Positions 1 through 8,069 of a stretch of DNA of 64,000 nucleotides are shown piece after piece (position 1 is the stretch's first letter; each line of letters opens with the position of its first letter). The stretch covers positions 2,885 through 66,884 of the forward strand of contig JBEVMR010000098.1 of the NCBI GenBank assembly GCA_040508545.1. Direction: 5' to 3'. Source of the DNA: Solirubrobacterales bacterium (lineage in GTDB: Bacteria > Actinomycetota > Thermoleophilia > Solirubrobacterales > 70-9). Position numbers and translations under genes: made by a program. The notes under the pieces are model-generated. The model was not told the DNA's origin. It saw only the letters and a program-made list of their open reading frames with translations, and made no database searches.

Positions 1-324
1 GGTGAGATGAGTTCGATCGAGTGGTCGGGCCCTCGAGGCTTGGAGCTGTTTCGTCTCCCACCGAAGGCGAATCGGCGGATCCGACATCGCAGCGCAACCA
101 TTTGCGAGGATTGCGCGATGACCGATTCGGTCATGCGGGAGAGATTGTCCGGCCGGACGGAGCGACAAGCGCCTACGACGGCCCACCCGTGATCTTCCTG
201 CGCGGGATAACGAACCGCCCGGCATGGATGGGACCAGGTCGCCTGCGGGAGGCACGGGCCACCCTCCTCCACCTGGTCGATCCACCGCGCTTACGGAGCG
301 CTGCGGTCGTTCCTCGCCCAGGGG

Positions 325-729
325 TCAGTCTTGGGGTTGGACGATCTCCTGGACGGCCCAGCCGTTGCCGTCCGGGTCGGCGAAGAAGACGAAACGGCCC
401 CAGGGGAACTCCTGGACCTCGCTTGCCTCGACCCCGCGCTCCACAAGCTCCGCCCTGGCCGCATCAGCGTCCTCGACAACCAGCTGCAAGCCCGACACGC
501 TCCCCGGTTGCATCTGGTGCGCGCCAGTGGTCAGCGCGATCGAGCAGGCCGAGCCGGGCGGGGTCAGCTGCACGAAGCGCAGCTCCTCGCTCACCCGGTG
601 GTCGTGTTCGGCGAGGAAGCCGACCCGGTCGACGTAGAAGGCCTTGGCCCGATCCACGTCGGAGACGGGCACCTGCACCAGCTCCAGTCGCCATGCGATC
701 TTCGATGCAGTGTTTCCCGCGTTCGTCAT
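325..729 (-). CDS. VOC / glyoxalase-bleomycin-resistance family protein
   Basis: 134-aa ATG ORF. VDRAKAFYVDRVGF ... FFADPDGNGWAVQE is the typical VOC-fold signature. The overlapping + strand ORFs (21..791, 224..637, 331..762) are Arg/Pro/Ala-rich GC artefacts. Confidence 0.8.
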   Translation of the reverse strand: MTNAGNTASKIAWRLELVQVPVSDVDRAKAFYVDRVGFLAEHDHRVSEELRFVQLTPPGSACSIALTTGAHQMQPGSVSGLQLVVEDADAARAELVERGVEASEVQEFPWGRFVFFADPDGNGWAVQEIVQPQD

Positions 730-797
730 TCGCGCTCCCTTCGTCAGCCGAGCGGCCTATGATTCTCTCGCCCGGTAAGTACTTTATCTAGCGAGTA

Positions 798-812
798 TCT
801 TAGCAACTAAGA
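798..812. promoter_or_regulatory. Inverted repeat TCTTAG-CAA-CTAAGA in the VOC/marR divergent intergenic region (possible MarR operator)
   Basis: 6-bp arms read directly from the sequence, 4 nt upstream of the MarR ATG, in an AT-richer spacer. The arms are short, so this could be chance. Confidence 0.3.
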
Positions 813-815
813 GAT

Positions 816-1298
816 ATGCCTGCAAGTCCGAAGCGACAACTGATCGAAGGGTTGATCACTGCGTTCCGCGCCAGCGGCAACCAGGACAGCGCCTTCGAAA
901 ACCTCGCCGCCGATCGGCTCGGAGTCAACCGCACCGACCTGCACTGCCTGAACTCGATCGAGAACGCCGGGGGCCTCACCGCCGGAGAGCTGGCGGCCGA
1001 GGTCGGGTTGACCAGCGGCGCGGTGACCGGCGTCGTCGACCGGCTCGAGCGCGCCGGCTTCGCCCGGCGTGTCCCCGACCCCACCGACCGCCGCCGCGTC
1101 AAGGTCGAGGTGACCCCGGAGTTCTACGCTCGAGCCGAGCAGATCTGGGGCCCGCTGGCCGCAGAGTGGGAGGCGGCATTGGCCAGCGGCTTCACCGCCG
1201 CCGAGCTGGCCCGGATCACCGAGTTCCTGCGGCTCACCAACGAGGTCGGCAAGCGCCACCTCGACCGCTTGGCGGAAGGCCTGCCTACCTCACGGTGA
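816..1298 (+). CDS. MarR family transcriptional regulator
   Basis: 160 aa. Winged-helix segment LHCLNSIENAGGLTAGELAAEVGLTSGAVTGVVDRLERAGFARRVPDPTDRRRV is canonical MarR. Divergent from the VOC gene. Confidence 0.85.
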   Translation: MPASPKRQLIEGLITAFRASGNQDSAFENLAADRLGVNRTDLHCLNSIENAGGLTAGELAAEVGLTSGAVTGVVDRLERAGFARRVPDPTDRRRVKVEVTPEFYARAEQIWGPLAAEWEAALASGFTAAELARITEFLRLTNEVGKRHLDRLAEGLPTSR

Positions 1299-1361
1299 AG
1301 TGGACGACGACCGGTGTCGGCCTCCGAGCCGGCCGGATCGCAGCTGATCGCCCGGGGACCG

Positions 1362-3365
1362 TCACCGCAGGGTGCGCGCTGCCGTCTTCGCCGCCGTGTC
1401 GCCGGCGTCGTCACGCGCCTCGCCGGCGATCCGCAGTCTCACCTGGGACAGAGACCGCAGGGCTTTGCGTCCCCGTTCGGTTAGCGCCAGCGTCACCTTC
1501 TCCTCGGCATCCGCGGCGAGACGAACCGTCTTTGGCGTGAAGACCGGGACGAGCCTCGTCCCAGTCCCGCCTCGAGCGCGGCGGACCTCGAGCTTCGCCT
1601 GGCCGCTCAGCGCCACCCTCGCCGCTTCGTTGACGCCTGCGGCGACGCGCAAGGTTCCGGTGCGCTTCAGCTTCCGCAGCGACCCCGTATCGATCCGGAG
1701 GGTGAGTGCGATCTTGCGGCGGGGAGGCGGAGGTTTGGTCGCCGCAATCGCAATCGCCCCAATCCGGGTGCTCGTGTTGCCACCGGCGTCGACGGCGCTG
1801 ACCGTCACCGGGTAGGCCCCTGGCGCGGTGTAGACGTGGGAGACGGTGTTGCCGCTGGCGCCGGCTCCGCCGTCGCCAAAGGTCCAGCTCGTCGCGAACG
1901 GGAAGTCGTCAAACGATGAAACCCCGAACGCGACCGGCTCGCCTACGGTCCCGGCCGCGGGGATCTGGAGATCGCTGAGCCGCGGCGCGGCGAAGTCGTA
2001 ACCACTCGCCTGCACGAACGGCCCGTCGTCGCCGTTGCGCCCGAAGACCGCGAACGCGTTGCCTGCCGCGTCGAGCGCGACCTCGGGAAATGCGGCGCCT
2101 TCTCCGGCGGCTGAAAGGGTGTCCGGTTTGGACCACTCGCCGTCGAGCGGGCGTACCGCCGCCTGGACCCTGAGGTTAGAGCCGTCGTCGCGGTACCACA
2201 TGGCTACCGCACCGACCGCGACGTTCATCGCCACGACCGGGGACGCGCCATCCTGGCCGGAAGCCGAGAGGTCGTCCGCGTCCGCCCACTCCCCGGCCGC
2301 AGGGCGCACCGCCGCCTGGACGATGAAGTTGCTGCCGTTGTAGCGGCGCCAAACCGCGACCGCATCGCCGGCCTCGTCCATGGCCGCATCCGGTTGCCCC
2401 GCTTCCCCGCCTGCATCGGAGAGGTCGTCCGCGTTCGCCCAATCGCCGCTCGCAGGGCGCACCGCCGCCTGGATGATGTCAGGGCCGTCGAGGCGCGTCC
2501 AAACCGCGACCGCATCGCCCTCGTCGTCCATTGCCACGCTTGGTTCCCCCGCGTCCTGGCCTGCATCCGAGAGGTCGTCCGGCGCCGACCAATCATCTTG
2601 GCCCGCCGCGCGCACCGCCGCCTGGACGATGAAGTTGCTGCTGCCGTCGAGTTTCCACACGGCGATCGCGTTGCCCGCCGCGTCGATCGCTGCGTCCGGC
2701 GCCTCCAACGGCGTCACATCCTGGCCTGCCGGGGAGAGGTCGTCAGGTTCGGACCACTCGCCGTCCGCGGATCGAACCGCCCCCTGGACGAGTACGTCCC
2801 CGCTGTCGAAGGCGGTCCAGACGGCGACCGCTTCGCTCACCGCATCGATTGCCAGCATGGGCGACCCGGCTGCGGAGATCGAGTCGGACACGTCTTCCGG
2901 TTCCGGCCATGCGCCGCCAGGCGGGCGTACAGCCGAGCGAATGACGAAGCCGCCGATGCCGTCATCGGTGACCCACGCCGCGATCGCGTTGCCCGCCGCG
3001 TCGATCGCCACCTGCGACTGATCGCCTTCTTCGCCCGGGAGGGAGAGGATCTCCGGCTCGGACCAGTCACCCCCGGCGGGGCGTTCGGTCGCCTCGACGA
3101 TCTCCTCGCCGCCGACGTGGCGTTCCCAGATTGCGATCGCGTTGCCCGCCGCGTCGACCGCGACCTCGGGTCGACCGTCGACGACTTCGTTGGCGGCGGA
3201 GATGTCCTTTGGCTCCAGCCAGCCCGCCGCCGATGCGCTACCGGCCGTCGACAGCAGTCCGATGACCAGAATGAGCAGCATGGCCGGGATCGATACTCGG
3301 ACCTGCGAACGCGCCGTCTGCTCCATCTCGCTCGCTTGCGCCGTCACCGCATCCCGTTGGCTCAT
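1362..3365 (-). CDS. Secreted repeat protein (about 8 tandem ~50-aa repeats) with a C-terminal PKD domain
   Basis: 667 aa. N-terminal hydrophobic signal/anchor IPAMLLILVIGLLSTAGSASAAG. Repeated unit (I/M)DAAGNA(I/V)AVW...VQAAVRP..G.W..PDDLS. PKD-like segment WTFGDGGAGASGNTVSHVYTAPGAYPVTVSAVDAGGN. Confidence 0.75.
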   Translation of the reverse strand: MSQRDAVTAQASEMEQTARSQVRVSIPAMLLILVIGLLSTAGSASAAGWLEPKDISAANEVVDGRPEVAVDAAGNAIAIWERHVGGEEIVEATERPAGGDWSEPEILSLPGEEGDQSQVAIDAAGNAIAAWVTDDGIGGFVIRSAVRPPGGAWPEPEDVSDSISAAGSPMLAIDAVSEAVAVWTAFDSGDVLVQGAVRSADGEWSEPDDLSPAGQDVTPLEAPDAAIDAAGNAIAVWKLDGSSNFIVQAAVRAAGQDDWSAPDDLSDAGQDAGEPSVAMDDEGDAVAVWTRLDGPDIIQAAVRPASGDWANADDLSDAGGEAGQPDAAMDEAGDAVAVWRRYNGSNFIVQAAVRPAAGEWADADDLSASGQDGASPVVAMNVAVGAVAMWYRDDGSNLRVQAAVRPLDGEWSKPDTLSAAGEGAAFPEVALDAAGNAFAVFGRNGDDGPFVQASGYDFAAPRLSDLQIPAAGTVGEPVAFGVSSFDDFPFATSWTFGDGGAGASGNTVSHVYTAPGAYPVTVSAVDAGGNTSTRIGAIAIAATKPPPPRRKIALTLRIDTGSLRKLKRTGTLRVAAGVNEAARVALSGQAKLEVRRARGGTGTRLVPVFTPKTVRLAADAEEKVTLALTERGRKALRSLSQVRLRIAGEARDDAGDTAAKTAARTLR

Positions 3366-3486
3366 GTCCCTCCCCAGAGTTGGTTCCCGCTACACCGTAG
3401 CACCTAGAACGTACAGTGAAGCGGTCCAACGGTCGCTTCATCACGATCTTGTCGCGATCCGTTCCGCCGGGGACTACGGTTCAAGC

Positions 3487-4149
3487 GTGCAGGAGACAAA
3501 GCCCTCCGGGGGACAGCCGAAGAAACGACCGCGACTGTCGCCCGAGGCGATCACCGAGGCGGCGATCCGGTTGGCCGATGCCGAGGGCCTCGAGGCGGTC
3601 TCGATCAGGCGCGTCGCCGCCGAGCTCGACGCGCGGGCGATGAGCCTCTACGACCATTTCGCCAGCAAGCGCGAGCTGCTCGCCTCGATGGCCGACGAGG
3701 TGGTGGGGGAGATGCTGGTCTCCCAGCCCCTGCCGGAGGCCTGGCGCGAGGGGGTCGCGGTCTCCGCGCGGACGATGTATGCGGCTTACGCCTCACACCC
3801 TTGGGCGATCTTCGCCGCCGCCGAGCGGCTCGGCCCGGGACCCAACGGCCTCAAGCTCGCCAAGCAGATGGCGCGAGCGCTCGCGAATCTCCCGCTCGAG
3901 CATGGCGATGTCTGGCAGGTGCAGGGGATAGTCAACGACTACGTAATCGGCTACTCCTTCCGAACGGTCGGCACCGTGAACCCGGAGGACATGGAAGCGG
4001 CGATCGCGGCCAGCGACATAGTCGAGTTCCCCGAGCTGGCCGCCCTCCCCGACAACCTCCGCAACCGCTCCTCGATAGAGCGCTTCGAACTCGGCCTGCA
4101 GACGGTGCTCGACGGCATCGAGCGGCGCTTTCTCGATCAGCCTGGCTGA
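3487..4149 (+). CDS. TetR/AcrR family transcriptional regulator
   Basis: HTH region SPEAITEAAIRLADAEGLEAVSIRRVAAELDARAMSLYDHFASKRELL. GTG at 3487 chosen as start, because the track ORF from 3142 would overlap the divergent gene. The start is uncertain. Confidence 0.8.
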   Translation: MQETKPSGGQPKKRPRLSPEAITEAAIRLADAEGLEAVSIRRVAAELDARAMSLYDHFASKRELLASMADEVVGEMLVSQPLPEAWREGVAVSARTMYAAYASHPWAIFAAAERLGPGPNGLKLAKQMARALANLPLEHGDVWQVQGIVNDYVIGYSFRTVGTVNPEDMEAAIAASDIVEFPELAALPDNLRNRSSIERFELGLQTVLDGIERRFLDQPG

Positions 4150-4221
4150 GATCCGCGAGGCCATGATCGGGGTAGGTCGCCACTTCTGGCGTGACGTAGC
4201 TGAGATTCCGGGGCGCGTAGG

Positions 4222-5667
4222 ATGAGCGCCACGGTGCCCGAGACCATCCGCGACGCTTCCACGGCCAGCCAGGCCTTCAAGTCCGCACTCGAGGTGGTCG
4301 GCGGTGTGGCGCCGGAGGTGGCCGCCGCGATCCGCAGCGAACTCGAGGACCAGCGGCACGCGCTGAAGCTGATCGCGAGCGAGAACTACAGCTCGCCGGC
4401 CGTCCAGCTGGCGATGGGCCAGTGGATGACCGACAAGTACGCCGAGGGCGCCACGGGCAAGCGCTGGTACGCGGGCTGCGAGAACGTCGACACGGTCGAG
4501 GGCGCCGCCGCGTCGCTGGCTCAGGAGCTGTTCGGGGCTGACCATGCGTACGTGCAGCCGCACAGCGGCGCCGACGCCAACCTCGTCGCCTTCTCGGCGA
4601 TCCTCGCCGAGCGGGTCGAGAAGCCGTACCTCGAAGAGCAGGGCGTGCGGGACTCGCGGCTCCTTTCCGAGGAGCAGTGGGAGGAGCTGCGCCAACGCCT
4701 CGTCAACCAGCGCATGCTCGCGATGGAGCTGACTTCCGGCGGCCACCTGACGCATGGCATGCGGGCGAACCTGTCCGCCAAACTCTTCGAGATCGTCCCC
4801 TACGGGGTGGATCCGGAGTCGGGTCTGCTCGACTACGACCGGGTGCGCGAGCTGGCGCTGGAGACCCGCCCGCTGCTGATTCTCGCGGGCCACAGCTCCT
4901 ACCCGCGCAAGATCGACTTCCGCCGCTTCCGCGAGATCGCTGACGAGGTCGGCGCTGTGTTCATGGTCGACATGGCCCACTTCGCGGGCCTTGTTGCCGG
5001 TGGCGTCTTCGAGGGCGAGTTCGACCCCGTTCCGTACGCGCACCTGGTGACCTCGACGACGCACAAGACGCTGCGCGGCCCGCGCGGTGGTCTCGTGCTG
5101 TGCACGAGCGAGTTCGCAGACGCCGTCGACCGCGGCTGCCCGATGATCCTCGGAGGCCCGCTGTCCCACGTCATGGCGGCGAAGGCCGTCGCGTTCCACG
5201 AAGCGCTTGCACCGGAGTTCCGCGACTACGCGGCGGCGATCGTCGCAAATGCGCGGGCGCTGGCCGAGGCGCTCGTGGCCGGCAGTGAGGTGCTGCAGAC
5301 CGGCGGCACCGAAAACCATCTGCTGCTCGTGGATGTGCGCCAGCATGGCCTCAACGGTCGACAGGCGGAGGCGGCCCTGCGCGAGTGCAACATCGTGCTC
5401 AATCGCAACGTGCTGCCGTACGACCCGAACGGCCCCTGGTTCACCAGCGGCATCCGGCTCGGGACCGCGGCTCTGACCACCCGCGGCTTTGGCGAAGGGG
5501 AGATGGGCCGAATCGCCGAGCTGATCTCCACGGTCCTCGGGGCAGCAGGACCGATCGAGGACGTCCGCGGCAAGCCGGAGCTCCCGCAGACGTTGGTCGA
5601 CGAAGTGCGCGCCACCGTCGAGGAGCTGACGGCGGCGCATCCGCTGTATCCCGGCCTCGTCGTCTGA
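4222..5667 (+). CDS. glyA: Serine hydroxymethyltransferase
   Basis: 481 aa. [32 protein letters not shown] and the PLP-lysine motif [14 protein letters not shown]. Confidence 0.95.
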   Translation: MSATVPETIRDASTASQAFKSALEVVGGVAPEVAAAIRSELEDQRHALKLIASENYSSPAVQLAMGQWMTDKYAEGATGKRWYAGCENVDTVEGAAASLAQELFGADHAYVQPHSGADANLVAFSAILAERVEKPYLEEQGVRDSRLLSEEQWEELRQRLVNQRMLAMELTSGGHLTHGMRANLSAKLFEIVPYGVDPESGLLDYDRVRELALETRPLLILAGHSSYPRKIDFRRFREIADEVGAVFMVDMAHFAGLVAGGVFEGEFDPVPYAHLVTSTTHKTLRGPRGGLVLCTSEFADAVDRGCPMILGGPLSHVMAAKAVAFHEALAPEFRDYAAAIVANARALAEALVAGSEVLQTGGTENHLLLVDVRQHGLNGRQAEAALRECNIVLNRNVLPYDPNGPWFTSGIRLGTAALTTRGFGEGEMGRIAELISTVLGAAGPIEDVRGKPELPQTLVDEVRATVEELTAAHPLYPGLVV

Positions 5668-5876
5668 CCCGCGGTGCGGAGCGAGATGGGGGTACACCCG
5701 GCCAGAAGAGTCCTGGAAGGGATGCTCGCGCGAGCCGCTGGCCGGTTTGACTCGCAGGTCGCAGCCTCCAGCATCTGCTGCCAGCTCACCTTCGACGAAT
5801 TGCGTCACATCGCGGGGATGCGGCGGCGGTTGAGAGGTGAAAAACAGAAGCCCCGTTGTGCAGGAGCTTCTGACAG

Positions 5877-5921
5877 TGGAGCTAGGCGGAATCGTAGTGC
5901 CGACCTCCTGGGAGCGATCCA
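5877..5921 (-). repeat. Degenerate direct-repeat copy of the 3' portion of tRNA-Ala(CGC) (distal att-like site of island 1)
   Basis: tggagctaggcggaatcgtagtgccgacctcctgggagcgatcca aligned to 13028-13072 matches at 40 of 45 nt, with two uninterrupted 14-nt runs. Same orientation as the tRNA. Confidence 0.7.
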
Positions 5922-6039
5922 AGTCAGTCGTACAGCGCAGGAGCCAATAAAATCGCTGATTTACAGGGCTTTCTGCAAACACTGAATCCTCCGAAGTATC
6001 TCTGGATAAGCAGGGATATGTGGCGATATGCAGGGAGTC

Positions 6040-6063
6040 GGGCACTTCTGGCGAGAAGTGCCC
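6040..6063 (-). terminator. Stem-loop downstream of the island-1 operon (putative terminator, no U-tract)
   Basis: Perfect 10-bp stem gggcacttct / agaagtgccc with loop ggcg, 52 nt past the stop of ORF 6115..6747. Confidence 0.35.
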
Positions 6064-6114
6064 GAAATCGGGGCAGGGCGGTTGGAACAGTCGCGGAGAA
6101 GCTGGAGGCGTCCG

Positions 6115-6747
6115 TCAGGTCGTCCCGCCGTGCAGAGGCGGAGGCCGCAATGAACTCGTCGCAACGCTACCTGGATGCGTCTCTGCCAGCGGGACTTCCG
6201 GGTCTGCACGCGGCATCGAGTAGCGCGGATGTTCGGGCATGATGACCTGTCCGAACATCATCTCCAGCACGTCCTCGAAGAATCTCGGACGAACTCGTTC
6301 GTGATCAATACGTTCGACAAAGACAAGCAATTGCCGCCGAACCGCATCGAAGATGTCATCTGCCATAACGCTCTGCTGAGTGGCGTCTAACTCTGAGCGG
6401 CGCCAAGACAGGTGTGCGACACGCTGGGAGAATTCTCCCGACAAGCGCTTTAGGGTCCGTCGATCGCTAGTTGAGATTGACCACTCGCCGACAGTGAAGT
6501 TGGAGGCCGTTGCTTCCTTCTGGTTGGGGCGATCGGTCAGGAAGTCGATCAGCTGTCGAGCGTGAATCTGAAATGACTCAATGAGCGCATTGCGAGCCGC
6601 GAGGCCATTCAGCGGAAGATTCGCCACCGCTTGATCATGGTCACCGTTTTGAAGGTGAGTGTGCAGAGAGGCAAACATCTGGATCTCGTAAAGGACGTGC
6701 TCCGATTGCTCGATCGCTTCCTCTCTGGTCCGATCTTTGGGTGTCAT
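6115..6747 (-). CDS. Hypothetical protein, third gene of the island-1 operon
   Basis: 210-aa ATG ORF, same strand as the methyltransferase gene and 50 nt downstream of it. Lower GC. I recognise no family. Confidence 0.6.
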   Translation of the reverse strand: MTPKDRTREEAIEQSEHVLYEIQMFASLHTHLQNGDHDQAVANLPLNGLAARNALIESFQIHARQLIDFLTDRPNQKEATASNFTVGEWSISTSDRRTLKRLSGEFSQRVAHLSWRRSELDATQQSVMADDIFDAVRRQLLVFVERIDHERVRPRFFEDVLEMMFGQVIMPEHPRYSMPRADPEVPLAETHPGSVATSSLRPPPLHGGTT

Positions 6748-6797
6748 GGCGCAATCGTACGGTCGGCCGATCCCGACCCGCGGCGTGACGCTGCTCT

Positions 6798-8069
6798 TCA
6801 GCCCAAGTTGGCCTGCTCGCGGAGCTCCCGGGCCTGCGCACCGGGTCCCTTTCCCTCGCCCGGGTGATCGTCATGTGGACCTGAATGCTCCTCGAGGAAC
6901 TTCTTTGACACGTCCATCACGGGCTCAGGGTCCGGTCGCCCGCTCCGATGTGCGACTGCGAGTGAGAGCGGGTCCTTGAAGACCTCTCCATCCACCGATT
7001 CGAGCACCAGGCGACCGATGCGCTCCGCGAGCGCCGAGGGGACCGCATTTCCGAGCTGCCGGTGGGCGGAAAGGTAAGAGCCCCTGATCTCGACGTTCTT
7101 CGGAAACGTTTGCAGGCGCATCAGCTCATATCGCGAGAGTTTGCGTGAAGACCAGTGGAAAGGCCCGGTCGCAGGGCCAGGCGATGCTGGAAGGGTCCAG
7201 GACGGAAGGTCCTTCGCGAGCTTCAGTAGGAAGCTCCAAAAGCGCGTCCGATACCCGAAGAGCTCCTCGCCTCCTCCTCGGGAGGTGTGCCACAGGTAGT
7301 TCTTGCCCTCGGGGATCGAAGGCAACAGGTCAGCCCACTTGCCCTTCATAGCCAGGTCGTCGAGGTCATCAGGTGTCTCGTCGCCCAGTGCGTCCCAGGC
7401 ATCCCGATGTGGTTGACCGCGATCGGGACCGTGGGTCGGCTCGGCCGCTTCGAGGCGAAGACCTTCTCGAGTGGCACAGAGGAAGAGTCGCTCGCGCTTC
7501 TGGGCGACCCCGAAGTCGACCGCGTTCAGCTTCAGCGAATGGAGCACGTAGCCGGTACCGAGGGCGCCGTTCATCGCTTGAAGGCGCTCGCGGATGAAGC
7601 TGACCACCTCCTCACGCCCGCTCATCGACAGGGACGTGACGTTCTCGATCAAAAGAACGTGGGGTTGGAGCTCCTCGGCGACGTCCATCAGCATGGTCAG
7701 GGTCTCCGCCCTAGGATCCTCGAGCCGAGCCGAGTCGCGATACCACCATCCGGCCTTCGAGAATGGCTGGCAGGGGGGACCTGCGGCGAGGATCCCCACC
7801 GAGCCCTCCTTTAGGGAGAGCTCAGAAAGCAGCTCACTGGGTGCGTAGTCGGCGATGTCACGGAGGCGCGCGAGCGGCCAATCGGGACGATTCGCCTTGA
7901 TCGTGAGGCGCGCATCGACATCCTTCTCGACGCATCCGACGATCTCGAACCCCGCGGCCTCGAGGCCGTAATCGAGCCCGCCGGCACCCGTATAGAGCGA
8001 GAGGACGGTTCGCGGCATCCCGGTCGAGGGTGGGGCAGCGGAAGACGAGGTGGGTATCATGTCGCTCAC
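6798..8069 (-). CDS. DNA (cytosine-5)-methyltransferase
   Basis: 423 aa with ordered C5-MTase motifs: I LYTGAGGLDYG, IV GPPCQPFSKAG, VI LLIENV, VIII QKRERLF, X LGNAVP. Its ATG overlaps the upstream stop (ATGA at 8066-8069). Confidence 0.9.
   Translation of the reverse strand: MSDMIPTSSSAAPPSTGMPRTVLSLYTGAGGLDYGLEAAGFEIVGCVEKDVDARLTIKANRPDWPLARLRDIADYAPSELLSELSLKEGSVGILAAGPPCQPFSKAGWWYRDSARLEDPRAETLTMLMDVAEELQPHVLLIENVTSLSMSGREEVVSFIRERLQAMNGALGTGYVLHSLKLNAVDFGVAQKRERLFLCATREGLRLEAAEPTHGPDRGQPHRDAWDALGDETPDDLDDLAMKGKWADLLPSIPEGKNYLWHTSRGGGEELFGYRTRFWSFLLKLAKDLPSWTLPASPGPATGPFHWSSRKLSRYELMRLQTFPKNVEIRGSYLSAHRQLGNAVPSALAERIGRLVLESVDGEVFKDPLSLAVAHRSGRPDPEPVMDVSKKFLEEHSGPHDDHPGEGKGPGAQARELREQANLG

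Noticed and set aside
118-134. 17-nt perfect palindrome atgaccga-t-tcggtcat
   Set aside because: About one palindrome with 8-bp arms is expected by chance in a window of this size. There is no adjacent gene start or second copy to give it meaning.
1362-3365. Periodic nucleotide repeats, considered as a possible CRISPR or tandem-repeat array
   Set aside because: The ~150-nt period is in frame, the copies are diverged, and they encode a coherent protein repeat. There is no short direct repeat and spacer structure. No CRISPR array occurs anywhere in the window.
4171-4215. Possible ZTP/pfl-type riboswitch in the glyA leader, and its resemblance to 6031-6075 (shared cacttctggcg)
   Set aside because: The leader lacks the conserved pfl cores as I remember them (GACUGGCG ... 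CCGCCUGGGC). The shared string is only an exact 11-mer with weak flanks, and hundreds of such matches are expected by chance in 64 kb.
3793-6045. 750-aa minus-strand ORF spanning the glyA region
   Set aside because: It is antisense to an unmistakable glyA. Its Arg/Ala/Gly/Pro-rich composition shows no motifs. This is a typical long open frame of high-GC DNA.
5668-6114. Search for an integrase, excisionase or transposase at the ends of both islands (also 30942-31627 and 38983-39154)
   Set aside because: No ORF in any frame shows recombinase-like motifs. The segments contain only short nonsense ORFs, a pseudogene fragment and hairpins. Both islands are therefore reported as integrase-less.
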